Of a DNA stretch of 64,000 nt, positions 10,001 through 20,271 are shown piece after piece. This DNA is from an uncultured Christensenellaceae bacterium. GTDB taxonomy: Bacteria; Bacillota; Clostridia; Christensenellales; CAG-1252. The stretch is taken from contig CAZLNZ010000011.1 in the NCBI GenBank assembly GCA_964561145.1, forward strand, positions 11,230 through 75,229. The letters run 5' to 3'. The position numbers and the translations under genes are program-made. Position 1 is the first letter of the stretch. Each line of letters opens with the position of its first letter. The notes beneath the pieces were generated by a model. The model did no database searches. It had not been told where the DNA came from and saw only the letters and a list, made by a program, of their open reading frames with translations.

Positions 10001-11212
10001 ATGATTCAACGTAAAAAGTATCTGAATAAAATAATACCTTTTGTAGATACCCCATTGATTAAAGCATTAATAGGCGTCAGACGTAGCGGAAAAACCGTAC
10101 TTCTTACACAAATAAAAGACTATTTGATAGAGAAGGGAATTAATGAAGAACAAATTGTCTATATTAATTTTGAATCATTTGCCTATAAAAAGTACAGAAG
10201 CGGAGATTCCTTATATGAAAACATTATAAAAATAGCGAATTCTCTCATTGGAAACAAGCTCTATCTTTTCTTTGATGAAATACAAAACGTTTCAGATTGG
10301 GAGACAGTGCTCGCATCCTTTCTTGTAGATATCAATTGCGATATTTATATTACCGGTTCAAACTCTAAACTGTTATCCGGAGAGCTCGCAACACACATTG
10401 CAGGACGTTATGTTCACTTTGACATCTATCCTTTTACCTTCAATGAAGCAAAAGAATATGCGACCGCCCTTGGTAGGAATATATCGGATGAGGAACTTTT
10501 TAACGAATATCTAGTATTCGGGGGCTTACCTCAATGCTGTGCTTTACCCGAAAAGCCCTCAAAACAAGCATACCTTGAAGATATTTTTAATACTATCGTA
10601 ATCAATGACATAGTCGAACGTAATAACATCGGAGATATAGAACTGCTAAAACGACTTATTATTTTTTTGCTGGACAATATCGGAAATCCGTTTTCTGCAA
10701 ACTCTATTTGTAAAGCTCTGAAAAATGAAGGGATAAGCACTACCGTAAACACAATCGTTTCATATATCTCCTATATTCTCAAATCGCTAATAATCTGTCC
10801 CGCAAAGCGTTACGACATAAAAGGAAAAGCCCTTCTTTCCACTACTGAAAAATATTATAGTGCAGACCTAGGCATAAGAAATCATATTAAGTACAGCGAA
10901 ACAATCGACTATTCTAAGTTATTTGAGAATATTGTATTTCTTGAAATGATGTCGAGAGGATATGAAATTTCTGTCGGTAAAATTGGAGAATACGAGGTTG
11001 ACTTTATATGTTACAAAGGAAACAATGAAAGAATATATATTCAAGTCTGTTACCTTTTATCTGACAGTTCCACAATCGAAAGAGAGCTTCGCCCCTTTGC
11101 ACAAATCGAAGACAACTACCCAAAATATATAATATCGGCAGATAAGTTTGATTTTTCGACAAATGGCGTTAAGCACTTTAATATTATAGATTTCTTACTA
11201 AATAAAGAATAA
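10001..11212 (+). CDS. ATP-binding protein (AAA_14 + wHTH + DUF4143-type nuclease-like C-terminus)
   Basis: Walker A GVRRSGKT, Walker B FFDEIQ, ITGSN, LFENIV and EVDF...IQV. RBS AGGAG before ATG 10001. Confidence 0.85.
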   Translation: MIQRKKYLNKIIPFVDTPLIKALIGVRRSGKTVLLTQIKDYLIEKGINEEQIVYINFESFAYKKYRSGDSLYENIIKIANSLIGNKLYLFFDEIQNVSDWETVLASFLVDINCDIYITGSNSKLLSGELATHIAGRYVHFDIYPFTFNEAKEYATALGRNISDEELFNEYLVFGGLPQCCALPEKPSKQAYLEDIFNTIVINDIVERNNIGDIELLKRLIIFLLDNIGNPFSANSICKALKNEGISTTVNTIVSYISYILKSLIICPAKRYDIKGKALLSTTEKYYSADLGIRNHIKYSETIDYSKLFENIVFLEMMSRGYEISVGKIGEYEVDFICYKGNNERIYIQVCYLLSDSSTIERELRPFAQIEDNYPKYIISADKFDFSTNGVKHFNIIDFLLNKE

Positions 11213-11256
11213 GCGGCAAAACTCGTCTTTTCCTTGAACATATAAGCTAACAAGAA

Positions 11257-11334
11257 TATAAAAACTCACCGATTTCCAAACGTTGCTTCACTACAAGGGG
11301 CATTTACGCTCATACTAATCGGTGAGTTTTTATA
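11257..11334. terminator. Long-loop inverted repeat between convergent genes (probable bidirectional terminator)
   Basis: Perfect 18-bp IR TATAAAAACTCACCGATT / AATCGGTGAGTTTTTATA with a 42-nt spacer. Confidence 0.5.
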
Positions 11335-11346
11335 ATATTTTTATTA

Positions 11347-14300
11347 TTAGCTATTCTTCACCAGCTTACCGAAGTAATTAATAAAGTCTCCCTGCTCATA
11401 GCTTGCATCATTAAAGGAATATAAGGTTTTCAATGCAGCCAACTTCTCTTGTATTTCACCCTTCACATCTAAGTCATTGGAGTCATCCTCGACGAAGGAT
11501 TCAAATAACGCTTGTTCGCTTGCATTAAAATCATTCAAGAACGCGTACTTCACATTATTATCTCCGTCAACCAATACCGATGCATAGATATTATCCGGAA
11601 GCAATGAGACATTCGATCCGATAGAAGACGCATTAACCTTTACTGTTGAGAATATATAATTCACACCATTTGCGAAGGCAAAGTTTGCCTCGTGACCTTG
11701 TAAAATGCTTTCGTAACCTTCATAATTACCATTAGTATCTGTAAAGATAATCGTTTGACATACGTCCAGATTTGTTGTTTTACTTAAGATCCAAGCCATA
11801 TTTCTGTCTGTCATATAATCCAAACCGATTGTATATTCAGCCTTACCCTCGTTTACAAGCAATTGAGTGTTTACGTTATGAAGCTTATAAATCACCTTTT
11901 GAATATCCTTAGAGGAAGTTTCGGTTTTGGTAGCCCCGGTCTTTTCAACAAGCACGTCATAGATATTCTTAAATTCAATATATCCGAATCCAGAAGTGTT
12001 CCTATCCTCTACGGCATATTCGCCGAAGCCGTTTTGATAGCTAGCAAGCTTATCGTCCAACAAGCTCTTCAAAGCATCTTCAACCGCAGTAGCAACACCA
12101 TCGGAATCAATCTTTCCCTTGAATCCGACTTCTGCGATATGCTCAATATTATTTTTGAAACTCAAGAAGTCGTTTTGTGAGAACCTATTCAGGGTAACCG
12201 TGGTAGAATAACTAGGATCGCCTTCGCCCAGTGTTCTAGTGGTGATGGTTGTCAAATAGAAGAATTCCGGCATAATACTGGAGCCATCGGTTATTACCTT
12301 TGCAGTAATCTCTATTGTTTGAGTTTTAGCAGAAACATTAGTTATCTTAATACTGGTAATAGATACACCGTTAACACTGTTTATAGCTGTTAAGTCAATG
12401 GAACTTTGTTCATTAATCAATGCAGCCAATGCCTTATCGGAGAGTTTAGGAGCTTTCTGTTCACCGTTATAGTTATACAAACCGCAACGCATGTAGGCAG
12501 CGATAAAGGAGCCGTCCTCCGCCACGTTGCTATTGCCTGTAAGGTTAAATACACCGGCTAAATCTCCGGTCAAGTTACTCAATTCGTCACCGCCGGAAGT
12601 AAATGTTGTAGATTTTACTTCGTTCTTTAAGAAGTAATATGCTTGCATTTCGCTATAGAAAGCATCCGCAGACAGGTTCGACGAATTGTCGTTATATAAC
12701 AGCTTATCAATCCCTGCATAAGGTTTCCCGTCAACCCATACGCTCATAGAGCCGTCACTGTTGAGGATATCGTTCCTTCCAAGTTCTCTCAAACGATTTC
12801 TAAAGACCTCAGGAGAGGTTTGCTCTCCGTCAAGCTCTAACATTCTATAGCCGTCGCCCGACTTATATACCGTTTCACCGTTTTCCTTGACAAGCATACC
12901 TTGTGTTAAGTATTCAAATACGTTGGGAATGATAATCGCATCGTTTTCTATCTTAATTTCTCCAAAGATTGAAAGCTTATTCTCGAAAATATCACTAAAC
13001 TTATCCTTTAGGGTAACTTTGATGTTGTCCATGCTCATATTATAGCTGACATTAAAGTTGCTCTTCAAGGAATCTAGTCTAGCTAAGAATTCATTCGTAC
13101 TATTAACTCTAGCTTCGAGGGTGGTTGCGGAATCGGTATAACCGAAGTCGTTAATAACAAGCTCTGTAGAATACCTTATAGACTCATCGGTTTCCGGATC
13201 GATGTTAGTGTAACAAGCGACATATAAATACTCGGGAAGAATATTTGAATTAATGCCGTTAATCAAGGAAACCCTGACTGTAGTGCGGAGATAAACGTAT
13301 CCGTTTATCTTGTTTTCACCGCTAAAGATATGCATTTGAACTATTTCCGCATGTCCCCCGTCGATGGATATACCGCTTTCATAGAAGCCATTGGAAATTG
13401 CGGTTAACCTTGCACCTGTCAGCTCGTTGACGATCGATTCATAATCTCTGTTATCGTTATAGAGCTTATTAAAATCAAACATACTGCTTTTAATTACCAT
13501 TTGATCGGACAAATTGGAAAGGGTGATTTCTTCTTCGGGTTTTACATAATAATTGCGGTTAACGAGATTCAAGAATGCGGCGGCATCGTCATAATAATAG
13601 TCACCTTCCGCACCTGTTTTAGGCTCATGATAGCTATCGGAATCACTTGTATAACTCAAGCCGATTCCTCTATAGGTTGTGGTAGCCTCTGTCGCAGTGC
13701 TATATTTAAATGTAGAATACTCTGCATCGTAATAGCCGAGCTTATCTCCGATATTCACACTAACCTTTGTTTCTGTCGGCATTTTTCCAAACTCTCTAAG
13801 GTCCGCCATTAGATCCTCGGGATGTGTTTGAATAACAACAAAGCTTTCGTGTCCTAACGAATCGTATTTTACATAGCCTAAGAGCTTGTTTCTATTTTCG
13901 GCAACGGCATCTACGATATTTCCGACAGAATCCTTAACACTGATTGCTCGGAAGGATATACCGTCGCTATATCCTACGATTCCGTCATTGACGGCATAGT
14001 GATATCCCTTATCCTTATCGTACAGCTCAAACATTTTCTTCGTAGAATCATACTCTCCTGCAATAAGAGTGCCGTTTGTCAGATACTCGAATACGGTAGG
14101 CAATTTAATATAATCCTCACCTGTTTCAACGTCGCCAAAGGCGGCAAAATACTCTTCAAACACCGCTTTTATACCATCGCTAATATGACCTGTCAAATCC
14201 TCAAGAGAGAATCCGAAATCGATATTCAAAACATCCTGCAGTAGCTTAATTCTATCGAATAAATCCTTGGTTACTTCATAGTTTTCATAGCTGTTGATAA

Positions 14301-17300
14301 GAACTTCCGTTTCATAACTCTTCACACCGTTTTCATCGACAGAGGTCAACGAGGTATAAGTTGTAAGGAAAACATACTCCGGCAATACCGAGGAACCTTC
14401 CTCCTCGCTTCCGCCGTTTTCGACATCGAACATCAACACGAGTTTTATACTGTCCTCTGAAATATAAGATTGAATAACTGTTGCAACCCCGATATCCTCG
14501 ATGGTTAACTCATCGCTAACCAAATCGTTTACAATTGCCGTAAACTCCAAAGAGTACAATGAGGTATCAATATCAGGATACTTGCGAGTATCGTCATATA
14601 ACTTTGTAAAGTCAAGAATAGATGTCTTTATGCTCACTCCGTCTTTAATCTTTTCAGAATTAAATTCTTCACCGTCTTTAATGTAATAATTGGTATTGAT
14701 TCTATCATAGAACTCCTTGGCATTCTTTGCGGAATAAACGATACCGTTTATATAGTAGGTGATATCAACGGAATCAACAATACTCTCGTCATTAATATTA
14801 TAGTTAGGCTCTCTTCCGAACTCTTGTAGTTCTATCTTAAGTTTATTGTCCTCCTCATCCGATTGTACATAATTATCATCGTTTTTATGAGAAAGTTTAT
14901 TGATTGTATTGAAGATGTTTCCTATAACAAGAGAGTTATCGCTTTCACTATCATAGGTAATGTTAATCGAACCCTCGATATTGTCAAAAGCCGATTCTAT
15001 TGCGTCGGATACTTGATTTTTAATATCGTCTACAGAGAACTCCTCCGAGAATATCCTGATAAGCTTTGCAAGCTTTGTAATATCATCCTTGTTGATTAAA
15101 ACCTCTGTGCCGAAACGTGCGTTATCGTCATAAGACTCTGAATAAAGCAATACCTTTGCCGTTAATATAACATTCTCCGGAAGGAATTTTCCAATTGTAA
15201 AGCCCTCTTCTCCGCCTGAAGATTTATTGAAAAATGCATAAAACTCAAGATCCAACCACAATGATGACTTATCATCGCTCCAATCATAGTCTACGGTAAG
15301 TATTTCAAGCTTATTGATATAATCGCTTGCACTACCCGCTCCGGAACTCAAGAAATCGAGCTTTCCGCTCGAGTTAATTAAGTCTGCAAGAGAAGAACCC
15401 GATAAAGATACCTTTAGGTCCTGAAGACTCTTAGCGGAATCCTTATATAGACCTTCGACATATTCACCGTCTTCGTCGTAATAGCCCTTAAAGTTTATAC
15501 TATCCTCGCTTACAAGATCATCCAACCCGCCATCTCCGAAAAGTGCGGAAGACGAAAGCTTATTCTTAAGGTAATACTTCGAACTAAGGTCTGACAAGAA
15601 CTCGTCACCCGATTCGGGATTGTACTTGTTGATGACGATATCATAATCCTCCGGTGAAGCTTCGGTATCTCCGTACTCTACAATGCGGATATCCGTATTG
15701 TAAATATTTACAAACAGTGCTTGAGTTTCCTCAATAGTAAGTCTATCTTCCAATGTTAGATATGTACTTTCCTCTATCTTTTTAGTGGAAATACCATAAA
15801 CCACCTCATATATACTTGGAAGAATAACGCTACCGACATTGTTGCCTTCACCATCGGTATCGGAGAAACCGATTGTACAATACAATGTATCGCTTACGGT
15901 ATCAAACACATTTGCGAAACCCTCTTCGAGCTGTGAGGTAATACTCTCAACGCTAAATTCGTTTTCTACGCCCAAGGACTCTATCATTTTTTGAATGACT
16001 GCGATTACCCTTTCTGTATTATCCTCGTCATATTTGTTAATTCTGAATTGGGTGTTTCCTGCTTCCTCTCCGCCTACATAACGTTTAACGACGGTTCCCT
16101 CTTCATCGACAAGGTCTGCAACATACATCTCTACAGCAAGACAAAGCTTTTCGGGCAGTGCCTTAGACAGGGCGTCAAGTAAATCGTTGTCATCGGCATT
16201 TTGTTGGGTTAACAGCTTAACAATATCTATCGATGCTTGGATGTCCAACTTGTAAACATTTTTGACACCGCTAGTTAAAACCTTTTCTTCGTCCGAAGAA
16301 TTAATATACGAAACCTTATATACGCTTTCATGAGAATACTCGGAAATTAGAATTTGATCAAAGGAAATCATATCCAAAAGGTCTTCGCTTTCATCTTCAC
16401 CCTCGTCACCTGCTTCCGCAGTATCTCCGTCTTTGTCAAAAAGTCCGTTCTTTATCGCATCTCCGACAAGGGTGGTTAGCTGACCTTCGTGCATAAAGAC
16501 TTTCATTTTAGCGTTTTCACGATAGGTAACCTTAGACAACTCGATTACGGAGGGCAGCTCATCCATCGTTTCGTTATCCAAAAGATTGTGCTCGTTCCAA
16601 TAATCTCTATCGACGCCGTAATTGACGGACAATTGATCGTACAATGAATCTAAAGACTCCTTATTGGAGCTCCCCAATGCCTCGTCAATCAAGCAACGAA
16701 GGGTAGTCAAAAATTCGTGAGGAGTTACGCTATCCTCAATGTGTTCGGGATCATACATTCCCATCAAGGTTAGCATTCCTTGAATATGTGCCATTCTCAA
16801 GGTTGTACTGCCCTCTTCGTTTGAAACAAAATCCACGGGGATATATCCGTCAATGGTCTTGAACACGCCGTTTACAAGCTGATTCACTTGAACGAATATC
16901 GAAGGTACTTCGACGTCCACGCCAAAACTGTCGTCGATTCTATCCTCCTCGTATTCCTCGGCATAGCATACATTACGCCCTCTCAGCTCTTCTCCGTTAT
17001 TCTCTTCATTCTCGTCTTTATCTTCAAACAAATTCAAACCGTTGGTAAGAGCGTTGATAACCCTTTTCAAATTAGTCTGTTGCTTTTCGTTATAATTATT
17101 AATGGAAAGCTCCGACTCCTTACTTTCGTTTAAGGGATATACACTTAAGGATATGTACAGGTTCTTTGGTAATATTTTTTCAACGACACCGATAATAGCC
17201 TCGGCATTAGATACCTGCTCTTTAAGCATCGGTACTGCGATAGCGTTGACAAGCTCCTTAACCTTCAATTCAATAACAGCAGATAGCTTAACGGATTCGT

Positions 17301-18078
17301 TAAAAGTCTCTGAGCTGCTTTCCTCCGTAAATACCGTGGTCATTTGAGGAATGCCTACAAACTCAGCCAATTTCACATCCTTAAGTTCCTCGCTATACCG
17401 GGATAAATCAAGATTGTTGACAAGGTTATTGATTACCTCGCCCACGACCGCTGCAAGCTGATTGGCTGTAACCTCGAATGTTGTATAGGTCAAATCCTCC
17501 CCTTCTGTATAGGGATAATCCTTTAAAGAGGAGAAATCGAATGAGAGCTTTTTAAACAATGCGGTCAAGGTTTCATCTGATTCATCGTTATCCTCTGCTG
17601 CAGCGATTTCATCGCTGTTAAAGTCATCACCATTATCCTCGACCTCTCCGCCCAAGTTAATGGAATCGGTAATATCCCTTACAGTGATGTTATAACGATT
17701 ATCTGTCATATATTGCTCGAGAGTAATATCCGCCCTTTCCTCATCGCTTAAAGCATTATATTCGTCTGTTAATTCCTCATCGGTTTTAATGGTCTGATAT
17801 AAAGCACTATTAAGGGATTTATGAAAATCGTCGAGATCCTTTTCGGTATATTCATTGGTGACAAGTTTGCTTCTGTCACTCTTATAAACTCCCCTTACCA
17901 AGGAAAGGGTTTCCGACAAAGTAACGCCGCCAATCTTAGGACTGACGACCTTATTAAAAGCAACATTGGCTCCGACAAAGATACCGACCGTAAATAAAAC
18001 GACTATAACAAGGCAAACCAAACAACATGTCAAACAAGCATGTGAGTTTCTTGCTCTTCCTTTCTTAACTCTAGGCAT
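11347..18078 (-). CDS. Giant (~2240 aa) acidic membrane-anchored protein with ~7 internal repeats
   Basis: GGAGG before ATG 18078. Basic N-terminus, Cys-rich TM (ACLTCCLVCLVIVV) and recurring LP(E/K/D)xx(Y/L)...(I/L)N motifs. Confidence 0.85.
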   Translation of the reverse strand: MPRVKKGRARNSHACLTCCLVCLVIVVLFTVGIFVGANVAFNKVVSPKIGGVTLSETLSLVRGVYKSDRSKLVTNEYTEKDLDDFHKSLNSALYQTIKTDEELTDEYNALSDEERADITLEQYMTDNRYNITVRDITDSINLGGEVEDNGDDFNSDEIAAAEDNDESDETLTALFKKLSFDFSSLKDYPYTEGEDLTYTTFEVTANQLAAVVGEVINNLVNNLDLSRYSEELKDVKLAEFVGIPQMTTVFTEESSSETFNESVKLSAVIELKVKELVNAIAVPMLKEQVSNAEAIIGVVEKILPKNLYISLSVYPLNESKESELSINNYNEKQQTNLKRVINALTNGLNLFEDKDENEENNGEELRGRNVCYAEEYEEDRIDDSFGVDVEVPSIFVQVNQLVNGVFKTIDGYIPVDFVSNEEGSTTLRMAHIQGMLTLMGMYDPEHIEDSVTPHEFLTTLRCLIDEALGSSNKESLDSLYDQLSVNYGVDRDYWNEHNLLDNETMDELPSVIELSKVTYRENAKMKVFMHEGQLTTLVGDAIKNGLFDKDGDTAEAGDEGEDESEDLLDMISFDQILISEYSHESVYKVSYINSSDEEKVLTSGVKNVYKLDIQASIDIVKLLTQQNADDNDLLDALSKALPEKLCLAVEMYVADLVDEEGTVVKRYVGGEEAGNTQFRINKYDEDNTERVIAVIQKMIESLGVENEFSVESITSQLEEGFANVFDTVSDTLYCTIGFSDTDGEGNNVGSVILPSIYEVVYGISTKKIEESTYLTLEDRLTIEETQALFVNIYNTDIRIVEYGDTEASPEDYDIVINKYNPESGDEFLSDLSSKYYLKNKLSSSALFGDGGLDDLVSEDSINFKGYYDEDGEYVEGLYKDSAKSLQDLKVSLSGSSLADLINSSGKLDFLSSGAGSASDYINKLEILTVDYDWSDDKSSLWLDLEFYAFFNKSSGGEEGFTIGKFLPENVILTAKVLLYSESYDDNARFGTEVLINKDDITKLAKLIRIFSEEFSVDDIKNQVSDAIESAFDNIEGSINITYDSESDNSLVIGNIFNTINKLSHKNDDNYVQSDEEDNKLKIELQEFGREPNYNINDESIVDSVDITYYINGIVYSAKNAKEFYDRINTNYYIKDGEEFNSEKIKDGVSIKTSILDFTKLYDDTRKYPDIDTSLYSLEFTAIVNDLVSDELTIEDIGVATVIQSYISEDSIKLVLMFDVENGGSEEEGSSVLPEYVFLTTYTSLTSVDENGVKSYETEVLINSYENYEVTKDLFDRIKLLQDVLNIDFGFSLEDLTGHISDGIKAVFEEYFAAFGDVETGEDYIKLPTVFEYLTNGTLIAGEYDSTKKMFELYDKDKGYHYAVNDGIVGYSDGISFRAISVKDSVGNIVDAVAENRNKLLGYVKYDSLGHESFVVIQTHPEDLMADLREFGKMPTETKVSVNIGDKLGYYDAEYSTFKYSTATEATTTYRGIGLSYTSDSDSYHEPKTGAEGDYYYDDAAAFLNLVNRNYYVKPEEEITLSNLSDQMVIKSSMFDFNKLYNDNRDYESIVNELTGARLTAISNGFYESGISIDGGHAEIVQMHIFSGENKINGYVYLRTTVRVSLINGINSNILPEYLYVACYTNIDPETDESIRYSTELVINDFGYTDSATTLEARVNSTNEFLARLDSLKSNFNVSYNMSMDNIKVTLKDKFSDIFENKLSIFGEIKIENDAIIIPNVFEYLTQGMLVKENGETVYKSGDGYRMLELDGEQTSPEVFRNRLRELGRNDILNSDGSMSVWVDGKPYAGIDKLLYNDNSSNLSADAFYSEMQAYYFLKNEVKSTTFTSGGDELSNLTGDLAGVFNLTGNSNVAEDGSFIAAYMRCGLYNYNGEQKAPKLSDKALAALINEQSSIDLTAINSVNGVSITSIKITNVSAKTQTIEITAKVITDGSSIMPEFFYLTTITTRTLGEGDPSYSTTVTLNRFSQNDFLSFKNNIEHIAEVGFKGKIDSDGVATAVEDALKSLLDDKLASYQNGFGEYAVEDRNTSGFGYIEFKNIYDVLVEKTGATKTETSSKDIQKVIYKLHNVNTQLLVNEGKAEYTIGLDYMTDRNMAWILSKTTNLDVCQTIIFTDTNGNYEGYESILQGHEANFAFANGVNYIFSTVKVNASSIGSNVSLLPDNIYASVLVDGDNNVKYAFLNDFNASEQALFESFVEDDSNDLDVKGEIQEKLAALKTLYSFNDASYEQGDFINYFGKLVKNS

Positions 18079-18614
18079 ACCAATACCTCCAATAAACACT
18101 AAAGAAACGCTATATTCTAAAAGGAATAATTGCTATTACATTACCCCCGACAAGCATTTCAATATATATGTAATATAATACAAACTTAGTGCAGCTTATC
18201 GTAAATAACCCTTAACTGCAAGCTTTACTACTATATAATATAGCTTGAACACAGTATAACATAAACCTTGATTCATTGCAAATATAATAATAAATATTAT
18301 TATATGCCGCAAATGTGTACTTTTGACGAAAAACATATTTGAAAAATAACAGCACATCCGCAGAAGTGTCGAAAAACAATGGTATTAAGTTGAGAATTCC
18401 GAATTAAAAAAGTGTTTTTTTATAGTGATTAGAATTCTAGGAAAAAGTCTCGAGTGACGTAATGTGTAATAATTCGGCATAGCCGAAATGCGGAGGATTG
18501 TAACCAATGTTTCTTTGCGTAGGGTATTATTTTGGCAATCATCTTCTGCAAAACGATAATAAAATACTGAACTTTTCTTTTTGGAAAAAAGTATTGATTT
18601 CACACATATTATAC

Positions 18615-18643
18615 TTGAAAAAATGTCGCTTTTTTATTATAAT
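18615..18643 (+). promoter_or_regulatory. dnaA promoter
   Basis: TTGAAA-17 bp-TATAAT. Confidence 0.7.
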
Positions 18644-18693
18644 ATATAGTAGGGAATAATATTATTCTCAAGTATCAACAAAGGAAACTGTCA

Positions 18694-20055
18694 ATGAATA
18701 ACAATACGGACATCAATCTTCTTTGGGAAGTCGTCAAACAAAAGCTTTCTTCCTCGCCTAAAATCAGTGCGATTGCTTTTACTATTTACTTCAACGATTT
18801 GAAGCCTTATACCGTTAGAGGTAATACCCTAATTCTTTTGGCATCTCTTGAAGCCCACAGAAAATATATCAATTCCACATTTAGAAAGCAACTGCTCGAA
18901 GCATTAAAGGAAGCGGATTCGCCCTATGACGATTATGCAATTATTCTAAAGGAAGAAGCCGACAACATAGAGCCGATGGAACCTATACAAGAGGTTCCCG
19001 TAGATGTTTATCAAGACAGCATTCCCTTTACAAAAGAATACACCTTTGACACCTTCGTTGTCGGTGATAGTAATAAACTTGCGGCAATGACTTGTGTGGC
19101 AATTGCAGAAAATCCCGGTGATATTTACAATCCTCTTTTCATTTACAGTCGCCCGGGCCTCGGCAAAACCCACCTACTTAACGCTATAGGAAATTATCTT
19201 ATTTCCCACAATCCGGGGCTCAAAGTGCTGTATATCACTGCGGAAAATTTCACCAATGATTACATATACAGCATTAGAAATAACAAGAATGCGGATTTTA
19301 TCAAGCTTTTTAATGAAAAATACCGAAATCAAGACGTTCTTATGCTCGATGACGTGCAATTTCTTGAAAAAGCTGAAAAAACTCAAGAAGCACTCTTCCA
19401 TATTTTCAATGACCTTTTCGCAAAGAAAAAGCAAATTATCATTTCATCCGATCGTCCCATCAAGAATCTGACATTCTTCGATGAAAGATTGTCATCTCGC
19501 TTTGCATCGGGTATAACGGTCAACATCGAAACCCCTTCTTTTGAGGATAGAGTTGCAATCCTTCAAAAGAAAACCTATGCTTACAGGTTCCAAATAAGCA
19601 GAGAGGTTATGTATTACCTTGCCGATATCGAAAGAACAAATATCAGAGTATTGGAGGGCATGCTTAAAACCGTAGGAATGTATTCAAGACTTGTCAATCA
19701 TCCTGCCGATACCGTCGATTTTGCAAAGGAAGCTTTGCGTGACACCGCCAACAACTCGGAGGACAGTGTAACGATCGAACGTATCATGGAAGCCACGGCA
19801 AAGTATTTCAACAAAACGGTTGAGGAATTGACCGTTCCCAGCCGAGCCAGTGAAATACTTGTCCCGAGGCAGTATGCAATGTACGTAATCACAATGATGA
19901 TGCCGAATATTCCCCTTTCCACTATTGGAAAATACTTCCACAAAGAACATACAACCGTAATGCACGCTAGGGACAAGGTTGAAAGACTTCTTCAATCCGA
20001 CGAGAAGGCAAAACTCATTGTTGACGACATAAAGAACCTTGTTTTGAACAAATAG
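18694..20055 (+). CDS. dnaA: Chromosomal replication initiator DnaA
   Basis: YTFDTFVVG, YNPLFIY..PGLGKTHLL, LDDVQFL, domain IV PRQYAMY...EHTTVMHA; upstream of dnaN. Confidence 0.97.
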   Translation: MNNNTDINLLWEVVKQKLSSSPKISAIAFTIYFNDLKPYTVRGNTLILLASLEAHRKYINSTFRKQLLEALKEADSPYDDYAIILKEEADNIEPMEPIQEVPVDVYQDSIPFTKEYTFDTFVVGDSNKLAAMTCVAIAENPGDIYNPLFIYSRPGLGKTHLLNAIGNYLISHNPGLKVLYITAENFTNDYIYSIRNNKNADFIKLFNEKYRNQDVLMLDDVQFLEKAEKTQEALFHIFNDLFAKKKQIIISSDRPIKNLTFFDERLSSRFASGITVNIETPSFEDRVAILQKKTYAYRFQISREVMYYLADIERTNIRVLEGMLKTVGMYSRLVNHPADTVDFAKEALRDTANNSEDSVTIERIMEATAKYFNKTVEELTVPSRASEILVPRQYAMYVITMMMPNIPLSTIGKYFHKEHTTVMHARDKVERLLQSDEKAKLIVDDIKNLVLNK

Positions 20056-20235
20056 GTTGAAAATTGAACACGTTACGCACAAGTTGCGCACCGCTTTTCA
20101 ACAAGGTTTAAACAATACAAAACGTACTAGAAAGGCATATATTGTTTCCCGAGAAACTAATCGACACAATTTGTTGTGGTTTTCGGAGAAATGCACATAT
20201 TAACCGTCATTATAATTATTTTGACGATGATAAAC
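20056..20235. promoter_or_regulatory. Probable oriC (dnaA-dnaN intergenic region) with degenerate DnaA boxes and an AT-rich tract
   Basis: 11-bp-phased 9-mers TTACGCACA 20073, TTGCGCACC 20084, TTTTCAACA 20095 and GTTTAAACA 20106. AAATGCACA-TATTAACCG is followed by AT-rich ATTATAATTATTTTT. Spot counts suggest + strand C>G up to dnaA and G>C in dnaN. Confidence 0.6.
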
Positions 20236-20271
20236 TAAAAGAAATAAAAAAAGCTTAAAAGGAGAACGGCT

